A stretch of 64,000 nt of DNA from an uncultured Planctomycetales bacterium (GTDB lineage Bacteria > Omnitrophota > Gorgyraeia > Zapsychrales > JANLHA01), in assembly GCA_964595465.1 (NCBI GenBank), contig CAZQQI010000011.1:8301-72300 (forward strand). The letters run 5' to 3'. A program made the translations under genes and the position numbers. The stretch's first letter is position 1. Every line of letters begins with the position of its first letter. Below are positions 20,489 through 29,040 of the stretch, in pieces. The notes under the pieces were generated by a model that was given only the letters and a program-made list of their open reading frames with translations, was not told the origin of the DNA and ran no database searches.

Positions 20489-21202
20489 TCAAACCTTATA
20501 GACTTTATCGCCGGCCTTGACCGGTTTCTTAACCTTCAGCCCGACAAGGCTCCCCTTCCGCGCGACACGCACGTCCCGGCTCTCAACCTGCATAGAGACG
20601 ACGGTCTGCCGAAAGTCTGTCTGTTTGCCGACAACACGGATCATCTCATTGATCAGCAGGCTCTTACCCGTAACCTTCAGAACACAGACCTTGATCTTGC
20701 TGAAATAATGCGTGACCTCGCCGACTAGCACACCCGGAGAAGCAGATGCAGTTGATTTTTTACGAACCGCCTTTTTCCGCGCGGGGCGGACAGGCTTTTT
20801 CTTTGCAGATGTTTTTCCGCTAACCTTAGGCCTTTTAACAGGTCTTTTTTTGACTGTCGTTTTCTGAGGAGTGTTCTGTTTCTTCTTAGCAGAAGATCTT
20901 TTGACAGACTTTACAGCTGCCTTTTTGCGGGTGGGGGCCTGTTTTTTGACTGTCTTCTTTTTTGCGGCTTTTTTCTTCATGGCCGGTGAAGCAGATCTTG
21001 AGGAGCTTCGCCGACGAGACGTATTCGCGACGGCCTTTTTTGTTTTCTTGGCAGCTGCACGCGGAACTGTCGTGCGCGTCCTTCCCGATCTGCGAGCCGG
21101 GCGTTTCCGGGATACAGCTGTTTTTCGTGAACGTTTTTTACGGGACGACGAACCGCGGATCAAGGAATGCAGAGATTTGAAAAGGCCGTCCAGAAAGGGC
21201 AT
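20489..21202 (-). CDS. histone H1-like lysine/alanine-rich protein with a C-terminal small beta-barrel domain
   Basis: About 150 aa of KKAAKK/KRPVK-type low-complexity sequence (Hc1/AlgP-like), then a folded-looking roughly 85-aa C-terminus (VGEVTHYFSKIKVCVLKVTGK...GDKVYKV). Last gene of the four-gene parA-like operon. Confidence 0.6.
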   Translation of the reverse strand: MPFLDGLFKSLHSLIRGSSSRKKRSRKTAVSRKRPARRSGRTRTTVPRAAAKKTKKAVANTSRRRSSSRSASPAMKKKAAKKKTVKKQAPTRKKAAVKSVKRSSAKKKQNTPQKTTVKKRPVKRPKVSGKTSAKKKPVRPARKKAVRKKSTASASPGVLVGEVTHYFSKIKVCVLKVTGKSLLINEMIRVVGKQTDFRQTVVSMQVESRDVRVARKGSLVGLKVKKPVKAGDKVYKV

Positions 21203-21209
21203 ACCGGAA

Positions 21210-21533
21210 TCAGGATAGGGATATTTTGTCGGCGATATCCGCCGCGATAGGCAAATCCACGTACTGCCCCATCAGGGCTTTAATGATGCCGATAAAGGCC
21301 AGAACAAAAAGAAAGAACACCAGCACTTTCACCAAAACCCAGGGAAGAATAATGCTCAGGATGAACATAGCCACCTGGCCGATAAACAGAACCAATCCCT
21401 GTTTGGCGTGAGCCAGAACGAAAGGATCATCTTTTTTGAAAAGCAGAGGAAAGATACACAAAATAGACAGATATCCCAAAAGAGCAAAGATCTTGGATTC
21501 TGCGTTGCGTGGGACAGGAGCCGATTTAGTCAT
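21210..21533 (-). CDS. DUF4870-like small membrane protein
   Basis: 107 aa with two or three TM helices and an FVLAHAKQGLVLFI motif; 8-nt overlap with the upstream ParA-like gene. Confidence 0.6.
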   Translation of the reverse strand: MTKSAPVPRNAESKIFALLGYLSILCIFPLLFKKDDPFVLAHAKQGLVLFIGQVAMFILSIILPWVLVKVLVFFLFVLAFIGIIKALMGQYVDLPIAADIADKISLS

Positions 21534-22641
21534 TTGCCTGAACCTCTATGAGAGAGTTGATATCGCCGAAAGAGTTGCGTTCCTGGTCAGGGTTTGACGG
21601 ATCTTCCCGCCAGCGTCCGTCGACAATAAACTGATAGCGGTAATTTCCCGGACGCAGAGGGACCTCGACATGCCAGCGTCCGTCGCCGTTGCGGTTCATG
21701 CGGAACTGTTCATCCAAAGACCAGTCATTAAAACTTCCGGTCACATAAACCGACTGCGCGTCCGGCGCGTCCAGTTCAAAACGGATACGGCTGAGAAAAT
21801 CTTCAGCCTCCTGCTTGATCGTGTCTTTCATCCGTTCCGAAAGTTCGGTTTCGGATTGTTCGGACCGTTCTTCTTTTGCCTTGGCCTCGTGCCGGGCGAT
21901 CACTTCTTTGGCCAGTGAAAAATAATCTTTGGAGCCCCGGCAGTATTTGTCATAGGTCACGACCGTCTTGCCCATAACCGCGGACTCTTTAAGCTTGACA
22001 TTGACATGGATGATCGTATCGAACAACGAACCGGCAAACATCTCCCGCATCCTGGCCAGCATAGCGAAGGAGTGCCGCAGACGCGAATCAAACATAGTCA
22101 CCAGAATTTTATATTCAACAGGATGATTGAGCCGGTCCCGGATCAGGCGGACAATGTCCATCAAATGCTCAACCCCCTGCAGAGAAAACCGGCTGGTCTC
22201 GACAGGAATATAGACCTCGTCACTGGCACGCAAGGCGTTAATGGTCAAAAACCCCAGGCTCGGCGGGCAGTCGATCAGGACATAATCATACTCATCTTTT
22301 ATCGTATCCAGGACCTCGGTCAGCTTGATCTCACGGCCGATCTCATCAGCCAATTCCTGCTCCAGGGTTCCGACCAAAAGATTAGACGGTACCAGATCAA
22401 AATTGGTTTCCACGCGTTTAATGATCTGACTAATGGTAAGTTTGCGCGGAGCGATCTTGGAGATGACATTATACATGCTCTCCTGACATTCAAAGTTGAG
22501 TCCCAGCGAGGCATGTGCCTGAGGATCCAGATCGATCAGCAGCGTGCGCTTGCCGTCACGGCTGAGTGAAGCCGCCAGGTTGATGGCGGTCGTGGTTTTT
22601 CCGCAGCCGCCCTTTTGATTCCCGATCGATATAATCTTCAT
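21526..22641 (-). CDS. orphan ParA/MinD-family ATPase fused to a C-terminal AMPK-beta/CBM48 glycogen-binding domain
   Basis: Deviant Walker A IGNQKGGCGKTTTAINLA; Soj/ParA-like core of about 250 aa; an acidic linker. The C-terminus VYVTGSFNDWSLDEQFRMNRNGDGRWHVEVPLRPGNYRYQFIVDGRWREDP matches the CBM48/AMPK-beta GBD pattern. No parB nearby. Confidence 0.85.
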   Translation of the reverse strand: MKIISIGNQKGGCGKTTTAINLAASLSRDGKRTLLIDLDPQAHASLGLNFECQESMYNVISKIAPRKLTISQIIKRVETNFDLVPSNLLVGTLEQELADEIGREIKLTEVLDTIKDEYDYVLIDCPPSLGFLTINALRASDEVYIPVETSRFSLQGVEHLMDIVRLIRDRLNHPVEYKILVTMFDSRLRHSFAMLARMREMFAGSLFDTIIHVNVKLKESAVMGKTVVTYDKYCRGSKDYFSLAKEVIARHEAKAKEERSEQSETELSERMKDTIKQEAEDFLSRIRFELDAPDAQSVYVTGSFNDWSLDEQFRMNRNGDGRWHVEVPLRPGNYRYQFIVDGRWREDPSNPDQERNSFGDINSLIEVQAND

Positions 22642-22682
22642 AAACTATCCCCTTTTAGATTTGAATACCACCAAATTCTAAC

Positions 22683-23273
22683 TTAACCGGATAACGCGTT
22701 GGAGAAACAGACATCGTCAATGAGCAGCTCTCCCCGGTCCTTTTCCGCGTTCCATGATTCCAGGATAAATTTGATCTCCCTGATCTGAGACCAGTCTGTC
22801 AGACCTTCAAATTCTGCGAAAGGGATCTGCTGCTTTCCCCATCGCTCGCTGATCCCGGAAACCATGACCGAAGCCGTTTCCCTGCGGGCATTGCGGACCT
22901 CGATGCGGACGATCCCGGGATTGCCGTATTCCCCGCCCCGGGCTCGAAATTCCAATTGCCCATACCGGCCTCCGTCGATATCTCCGACGGGAAGTACAAA
23001 TGTTTTGACCTGAGGATACGGATGGCCGATGTTATAGCGCACCCGGATCGGTCCGTGGTTCAGCGAATAGATCACGCGCTCGCGCAGCGTGTCGCTCCGC
23101 CGCGTCAAAAAAGCGGTAAAGCCGTAAAAGGCGCTCGCGAAAATCACAACCGTTATGACAATGTTGATAACCAGCCAGGCACTGAACTGTTTTTTATCTT
23201 TTGCTGTTCCGGATTGATTTTTCTTGCCCAGATAAACGCGCGCCAGGTGGTCGTAAATTTCATCCCTGGTCAT
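22683..23273 (-). CDS. single-pass membrane protein with a CBM-like (galactose-binding-like) beta-sandwich domain
   Basis: Basic N-terminal tail, one TM (WLVINIVITVVIFASAFYGF), then a roughly 150-aa domain ending ...GELLIDDVCFSN. This terminal motif is typical of CBM4/9/CIA30-like modules. First gene of the operon. Confidence 0.55.
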   Translation of the reverse strand: MTRDEIYDHLARVYLGKKNQSGTAKDKKQFSAWLVINIVITVVIFASAFYGFTAFLTRRSDTLRERVIYSLNHGPIRVRYNIGHPYPQVKTFVLPVGDIDGGRYGQLEFRARGGEYGNPGIVRIEVRNARRETASVMVSGISERWGKQQIPFAEFEGLTDWSQIREIKFILESWNAEKDRGELLIDDVCFSNALSG

Positions 23274-23545
23274 ACTGCAAATCCAATCATATCAAAGGGT
23301 TCGGACTCTCCCGCACCCGTAAGCTCTTAAGTGATACTTTATCATAACAAAGAATATATCAATTTTAAAATATTTTTCATGTTTTTTCTATTTGCATATT
23401 TATTGCATTCCTCGTCGAGAAATATGTTTCTATACACATCCAGTCATGGAAAATTTGTTTTGGGGAAAGAATAAAAGGCTCTATGAACGTTTGCGCGGGT
23501 AAAACACAGAATAATGTGATGTTTCGTATTTAAATAATTTCTGCT

Positions 23546-23672
23546 CGAATGGCGATAAAAAAGATCGGGAGGGACACGCAGAGCGAGTTCCGAACCGAAC
23601 GGTTCATTATAAAAACGTTCGGGAGGTTGTTTGAGCGAACGCGTCCCTCCCGATCTTCCTGAGCCATTCAGC
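23546..23672 (+). repeat. family-1 structured intergenic element, copy B
   Basis: cgaatggcgataaaaaagatcgggagggacacg + conserved core gcagagcgagttccgaaccgaacggttcattataaaaacgttcgggaggttgtttgagcgaacg + cgtccctcccgatcttcctgagccattc. A 14-bp inner stem and a 6-bp outer stem. Confidence 0.8.
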
Positions 23673-23783
23673 TGCAAAATTGTACACGAAAGCATTACCG
23701 TATCCGCCATACCCATTTATTTTTTAAAGAAGCAATAAAAAGAAAACGCGCTTTTATAAAAAGCACGCCGTCTGAAAAACACC

Positions 23784-23820
23784 GTAAAAAAAGCCGGCAG
23801 GGATCGCTCCCTGCCGGCGT
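23784..23820 (-). terminator. intrinsic terminator of the porin gene
   Basis: The minus strand reads GCCGGCAGGGAGCGATCCCTGCCGGC followed by TTTTTTTAC, 15 nt after the stop at 23836. Confidence 0.8.
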
Positions 23821-23835
23821 ATTCATCAAGCGGTC

Positions 23836-25182
23836 TTAGAAGGCCACCTTGGCGTTCAGCAACAGCTGTGATGCTGTTTCTTCATCCTCTCCATCAAAAC
23901 GGTCATCCGGGAAGAACCAGCCGGCGCGGGCGCCGAACTGCACATCCTCGGTATAGTCATAGGTCATAACCAGACCGACTTCCTGACCGAGATTTGTCTC
24001 TTCGGCTTCCCCTGATAGTTCCGGACTAGCCGTTCCAGCTGGCTGTACAAGTCCAATAGCACTGACTTCCTTATCCAACCACAGATAGTCATAATACGCC
24101 TTGGCCGTTACATCCTGCATCGGGACCACTGTCAAATGGGCACCGATCGTATGAGAATTCGTAGCGTTGAACAGCGCATTCTGTATCTTTCCACCGTTCT
24201 GATTTTCATACATCGGATCCCATGCGCGGTAATCACCTTCACCGCCGGAAGCCGCATCGTCTCCGCTGTACATGGTGTATTCCAGACCTAATACAGGCTG
24301 ATACTTCTTGGTCTCTTCAAACGGCAGCATGTAATTGGACAGGATCTGCAAAGCGTAGGCTTCGCGGTCATACTGCGCGGAGCCTGATTCATAATCCCCG
24401 AACTGCATGGCAGCCTCTGCGCTCAGGTTCCAGCCGTCAAGCACATTCATGCTGGCGCGCACACCCGGCATATAGATTTTATTTTTTAAAGCACTTTTAT
24501 TCTCTTCAACCCAAAAATACCCTTCAACTACAGTGTTACGTTCATCATCGAATTGATAATTCGCGTTGACACCATAAAGGTTATTATCGTCAACGACATC
24601 GGTCCCGGTGATCGTCCCCTGGTCTATCGCTGAATACAGCAGATCGATAGTCAACGGGTCATAGTCAAAGGTCAGACGGATCGCGTCCTGCGCGGTCTGC
24701 TTGGTCAGGTCCTCTGCAACATTATACAGACCCGATGCCGTAGAAACCGAGTTGTTCGGGCCGGCAGAGTCGATCACAAAAGAATTCCCAAAAGCGAATT
24801 CCTGACGACCCAAAGTCACAGTGAGCGGAGAATACAGCATCTCCTTCATTGTCACATACGCAAGGTTTAAATCTACCTCTGTAGTACCGGATGAATACGT
24901 TGTTCCTTCGGGGTCAGTCGCAGAATCATCCCCCCACACTCTCTCATTGATGAGGCCAATGGTGGCCATGACCTTGTCGGTCAGGTCCGCGTCGACCCGC
25001 AGACGGGTCTGCATAAGGAACGCGCTCTGATCATTCAGCCCGGTAGAAGCGCCGAGATTAAAGTCAGTGCGGTTGACATACGTGCTTTCAATATCACCGC
25101 TGACCTTGACGTTCTGCACAGACGCGACGGCCGGCGCAGCGATCAGGGCAACAGCGATCAATGCTAATAATACTTTTCTCAT
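23836..25182 (-). CDS. putative outer-membrane beta-barrel porin
   Basis: Start at MRKVLLALIAVALIAAPAVASVQN (signal peptide), preceded by GGGAGGAG. The sequence shows amphipathic beta-strand character and a C-terminal ...LLLNAKVAF (terminal Phe), typical of OMPs. Confidence 0.6.
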   Translation of the reverse strand: MRKVLLALIAVALIAAPAVASVQNVKVSGDIESTYVNRTDFNLGASTGLNDQSAFLMQTRLRVDADLTDKVMATIGLINERVWGDDSATDPEGTTYSSGTTEVDLNLAYVTMKEMLYSPLTVTLGRQEFAFGNSFVIDSAGPNNSVSTASGLYNVAEDLTKQTAQDAIRLTFDYDPLTIDLLYSAIDQGTITGTDVVDDNNLYGVNANYQFDDERNTVVEGYFWVEENKSALKNKIYMPGVRASMNVLDGWNLSAEAAMQFGDYESGSAQYDREAYALQILSNYMLPFEETKKYQPVLGLEYTMYSGDDAASGGEGDYRAWDPMYENQNGGKIQNALFNATNSHTIGAHLTVVPMQDVTAKAYYDYLWLDKEVSAIGLVQPAGTASPELSGEAEETNLGQEVGLVMTYDYTEDVQFGARAGWFFPDDRFDGEDEETASQLLLNAKVAF

Positions 25183-25440
25183 AGGGTCTCCTCCCAAAAA
25201 GTTAGTACAAATTTGAATCTATATGAACTAGTGTCTATAAGGCCTAGTCATAACCGCGTTAGACCAGCTGCCGATGATCCTGACTGCAAGAATTCCATCA
25301 CCCCCTTTCGTGTCTGTTTAAGATCATCACTGGGTTGAGGACGAATACTTGTAAACAGCAGTATTCTCACACACTTAGGAAGACCTGTCAAAAAAAAACT
25401 GAATTATTTTTCACCGAACGTTCACAATCAAAAAACGGGA

Positions 25441-25545
25441 AAAGGAGAATAGCGAATAGAAAATGGCATATTAGCAGGATAGGCATTCCGCATGATCGCC
25501 CGCGCCCTGTCCCCGCCTCCCATTCTCTATTTTCTATTCTCCGCA
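25441..25545 (-). terminator. long-stem hairpin plus T-run downstream of tRNA-Arg
   Basis: Imperfect 23-nt inverted repeat (25444..25467 ggagaatagcgaatagaaaatgg and 25520..25542 ccattctctattttctattctcc) around a 52-nt C-rich loop. On the minus strand it is followed by TTTTCCCGTTTTTTG. Confidence 0.45.
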
Positions 25546-25594
25546 CGCTTTCCTCTTTCTTCCTAATAAGGGCCATGCCTTCTGGGGAAATTTA

Positions 25595-25668
25595 TGCGCC
25601 TGGGGGGATTCGAACCTCCGACGCCGGCCTTAGGAGGGCCGCGCTCTATCCATCTGAGCTACAGGCGC
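25595..25668 (-). tRNA. tRNA-Arg (anticodon CCT)
   Basis: The minus strand reads GCGCCTGTAGCTCAGATGGATAGAGCGCGGCCCTCCTAAGGCCGGCGTCGGAGGTTCGAATCCCCCCAGGCGCA: a 7-bp acceptor stem, a D arm, anticodon stem CGGCC/GGCCG with loop CTCCTAA, and a T arm. CCA is not encoded. Confidence 0.9.
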
Positions 25669-25721
25669 AAAAATTATACTCTTGAATGACCTCCGTATTA
25701 AATCATCCTCTCCGCCGTCTG

Positions 25722-27533
25722 TCAATCAGCGCTGTTATTATCTTGCACACACAATGACGCGTCCAGCGTTTGGCCGTATTCTTCTCTATAGAACTCGCGC
25801 AGGTCTTCATACGCGCGGCAATACATCAACGGCGCATCCCCCCGCCGGATAACCGCTGTTACGCTGTCCAGGACCTTATCACTCAACGCCTTATGCTGCT
25901 CCGGCGCCCGGCAGAGCGCGGTATGAAAATACCATAAAGCCCTCTGGTCACGGCCGGTGCTCAATTCCACCAGACCCAGCCAGTAATACGCCCAGTAAAA
26001 ATTCGGCTTTTCGACAAACACCTGTCTTAGATGCGCGCGAGCCTTCTCCAATTCTCCGGACACCGCGTATATTCTGCCCAGGTTAAAGTGCGGATCCCAG
26101 GCATCCGGTGATATCTGCAGAGCCTGCTGATAATAAAAGACCGCTTTCTCTACCGCATCCGATTGTCTGCGCTCCATCCAACCAGCCGCTTCGCCTCCTC
26201 TGGCCTGACGCATAAAAAACCGCGCTTCACCAAACCCGGCATCTTCCAGATAAGCCTCCGCCAGTTTGGCATATACCAAACGGATCCTCTTTTCATTATG
26301 GTCTATATTCGCGGCCTGATACTGCCAATAACGTAAATTTGTTTTCCAGAGCAGGACCTGTTCCCGTGTCCGCAGGCCCATGAGAATGAGCCCGGCCAGG
26401 ACCGCCGCGGCCAGGACCGCCCGGTAAGAGGCTCTCTTCTTTTCCTGGAAACGACGCGCGATCACCCCTCCTAAATAGATCGTGAGTCCCAATCCGGGAA
26501 GATACATAAAACGGTCGGCCACGATATTCAGATCTCTCGCCGTATCCATCCGCAGTAAAAAAAAGATCGTCAGCACATAGAACAGGACCGCGAAGACATA
26601 AAGCCGTTTACGGCGGAATATCCAGAGACTGCCGGCCAACAACAGCGAGGCCGCTATCGGAATAGAATAATGCGGATTCAGCAGACTCACCGGTTTGGGC
26701 AGGGCATAAATGGCCTGCAAAGCACCCGGAAAGAAAAATTTTCGGATATAAAACCAGAAACACCAGACCCAGATCAAAAACGAATCCGGGAAGACCATGT
26801 TCAGAGGCCGCGCATTCATGGCAAAGCTTATCCAGGCGACCGGCCAGACCGCGCAGGCGGTCAGAATTTTTTCCAGCCAAAGCTCCAGACACGAGCGGCG
26901 GCAGAAAAACCAGTCCAGGAGCAGCAGAACCAGCGGAAGGCTCAAGGCCATAGGCTTGGCCAGCACACTCAGAAAACCTAACAGCGCCACCCCCAGGACC
27001 CAAAAAAGACGCCTGCCGGCCCCCGGGTTCCGTCCTCCCGCAACCAACTTGAGATAATGGACATAACCGATCAGGGCCAGCATATAAAAGACCATGAACA
27101 AGACATCCTTGCGTTCGGTCACCCAGACGACAGACTCAACGCGCAGAGGATGCACACCAAAAACCAGCGCCGATAACGCGGCGCCCCATAACGGCAGAGA
27201 CAACTGACGGGCAAAAATAAAGACGCCGATAACCGCCATCATATGAAGCAAAAGATTATTGAAATGGTAAACAAACGGATCAAGACCGAAAAAATGCCGC
27301 TCCAGAGCGAACGAGAACCCTGTCAACGGAATATAGATATTATTGACCTGATTGGTAAAAATACGCTCTATACCGGAAAAGCTTAAATCCCGCAGAAATG
27401 GATTGGCTAAAAGATGCGGGGCATCATCCAGGTTATGAAAACCGTAAAAAAGCGCCGGGCCGAACACGCCGGCCACGGCACAGAACAAGATCACAATAAT
27501 AACGGAATGTTTTATGAAAGAATCGCGTTTCAC
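25722..27533 (-). CDS. polytopic membrane protein with C-terminal TPR repeats (PMT/DUF1736-like glycosyltransferase family)
   Basis: About 11 TM helices over the N-terminal 400 aa, then three or four TPR units (YYQQALQISPDAWDPHFNLGRIYAVSGELEKARAHL...). Confidence 0.65.
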   Translation of the reverse strand: MKRDSFIKHSVIIVILFCAVAGVFGPALFYGFHNLDDAPHLLANPFLRDLSFSGIERIFTNQVNNIYIPLTGFSFALERHFFGLDPFVYHFNNLLLHMMAVIGVFIFARQLSLPLWGAALSALVFGVHPLRVESVVWVTERKDVLFMVFYMLALIGYVHYLKLVAGGRNPGAGRRLFWVLGVALLGFLSVLAKPMALSLPLVLLLLDWFFCRRSCLELWLEKILTACAVWPVAWISFAMNARPLNMVFPDSFLIWVWCFWFYIRKFFFPGALQAIYALPKPVSLLNPHYSIPIAASLLLAGSLWIFRRKRLYVFAVLFYVLTIFFLLRMDTARDLNIVADRFMYLPGLGLTIYLGGVIARRFQEKKRASYRAVLAAAVLAGLILMGLRTREQVLLWKTNLRYWQYQAANIDHNEKRIRLVYAKLAEAYLEDAGFGEARFFMRQARGGEAAGWMERRQSDAVEKAVFYYQQALQISPDAWDPHFNLGRIYAVSGELEKARAHLRQVFVEKPNFYWAYYWLGLVELSTGRDQRALWYFHTALCRAPEQHKALSDKVLDSVTAVIRRGDAPLMYCRAYEDLREFYREEYGQTLDASLCVQDNNSAD

Positions 27534-27550
27534 AGGCGGGCCTGGAGAAT

Positions 27551-28075
27551 TTAATCATATTGGAGCAATGACATGACCGGGACATTGCGCAGCTTCTTAC
27601 GCCCTTTTAAAAAAGACAGTTCAACCAGAAATAACGCTCCGGTCAGCTTTGCCTGAAAACTGCGGACCAGCCGGACAACGGCCTGCGCTGTTCCTCCGGT
27701 CGCCAAAAGATCATCCACGATCAGGACACGGCCTCCTTTTGTCAGGGCGTCTTTATGCATCTCAAGGGTATCCGTTCCGTACTCAAGATCATACATGACC
27801 CGCTTCGTCACATGCGGTAATTTTCCCGTCTTGCGGACAGGAATAAATCCGGCCCCGATCCTGACAGCCAGGGCCGCCCCGAAAATAAAGCCCCGGGATT
27901 CAATACCGACGACATAATCCACCGGCTGATCTTTAACCTGCCGGGCCATCTGCGAAACCGCTCTGCGCAAAGCTCCGGCGTCTTTCAGCAAAGGAGTAAT
28001 ATCTTTAAAGATAATACCTTTTTTGGGGAAATCAGGGATGTCGCGGATATATTGGTCTAACGCTTTCCCGGCCAT
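27551..28075 (-). CDS. apt: adenine phosphoribosyltransferase
   Basis: IRDIPDFPKKGIIFKDITPLL...VVGIESRGFIFGAALA...VLIVDDLLATGGTA PRTase motifs; 174 aa. Confidence 0.9.
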   Translation of the reverse strand: MAGKALDQYIRDIPDFPKKGIIFKDITPLLKDAGALRRAVSQMARQVKDQPVDYVVGIESRGFIFGAALAVRIGAGFIPVRKTGKLPHVTKRVMYDLEYGTDTLEMHKDALTKGGRVLIVDDLLATGGTAQAVVRLVRSFQAKLTGALFLVELSFLKGRKKLRNVPVMSLLQYD

Positions 28076-28090
28076 GCTTTCTCCTGCTCA

Positions 28091-28909
28091 TTACGCCTCG
28101 TCAGAGGCCTCTTCACTCTTGAGATACTTTTTGATCTTCACAATGGCCGCCGCTTCCAGCTGACGCACCCTCTCACGGGAGACCTTGATCTTTTTCGCGA
28201 TCTTGGCCAGGGTCTGGGGATTACCGTCCGTGATGCCGTAACGCATGTCCAGAATATCCCGTTCCCGTTCGGGAAGAATTTCCAGCAATTCCTGAGCGCG
28301 TTCTTTATTCAGAAATGACTCCAGCTGCTCATCCGGGCCGGCCAAATTTTCGTCGGCGATCATGTCATGGATCTGGCCGTCTCCGTCTTCTCCGATCGGC
28401 GCGTCCAGGCTGGACATCTTGGAGATCGAGCGCTGACATTCGCGCACCTTATCGACAGGGATCTGCAGCTTCTTGGCGACTTCCGAAATCCGCGGTTTCC
28501 GTTTCAGCCGGTGCGTCAAATTCTCTACAGCCTTTTTATACTTCATGATCTCCTCGTTCATATAGACCGGGACGCGGATCATCTTGCCCTGGTCAATGAT
28601 GGAGCGGGAGATCGACTGCTTGATCCACCAGGCCGAATAAGTCGAAAAACGAAATCCCCGTTCGGGATCAAACTTCTCTATACTGCGCATCAGACCGATG
28701 TTGCCCTCTTCAATAAGATCGCTGAGAGGGACACCAAGGTTAATGTAGCGTTTGGCAATGCTGATGACTAAACGCAGATTGGAACGGATCATCTGCTGGC
28801 GGGCCTCTTCATCTCCCTTCTGAACACGGCGGGCAAGCTCCACCTCCTGCTCGGCGGTGAGAAGAGGGATATCGCGGACATCTTTAAAATAGGCTTTTAT
28901 CGGATCCAT
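28091..28909 (-). CDS. compact sigma-70 family factor (regions 1.2-4; no region 1.1)
   Basis: DPIKAYFKDVRDIPLLTAEQEVELARRVQKGDEEA (region 1.2/2.1), RLVISIAKRY...GLMRSIEKFDPERGFRFSTYSAWWIKQSI (region 2), and a C-terminal HTH TLAKIAKKIKVSRERVRQLEAAAI (region 4.2). 272 aa. Confidence 0.85.
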   Translation of the reverse strand: MDPIKAYFKDVRDIPLLTAEQEVELARRVQKGDEEARQQMIRSNLRLVISIAKRYINLGVPLSDLIEEGNIGLMRSIEKFDPERGFRFSTYSAWWIKQSISRSIIDQGKMIRVPVYMNEEIMKYKKAVENLTHRLKRKPRISEVAKKLQIPVDKVRECQRSISKMSSLDAPIGEDGDGQIHDMIADENLAGPDEQLESFLNKERAQELLEILPERERDILDMRYGITDGNPQTLAKIAKKIKVSRERVRQLEAAAIVKIKKYLKSEEASDEA

Positions 28910-29040
28910 AGAAATCGTCTGTTGCGGCCGGATAAAATAATAAATCTAATATATAGAATTTCCGGCCGCACTGCAAGCCTTAATAAATGATATGTGCGGC
29001 GGCGCCCTTTAAAGAAAGGACACCGCCGCCATGATCATGA

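Noticed and set aside
25335-25685. ORFs 25335..25685 (+) and 25388..25576 (-)
   Set aside because: They overlap the tRNA-Arg gene and its long hairpin terminator and have no coding signal.
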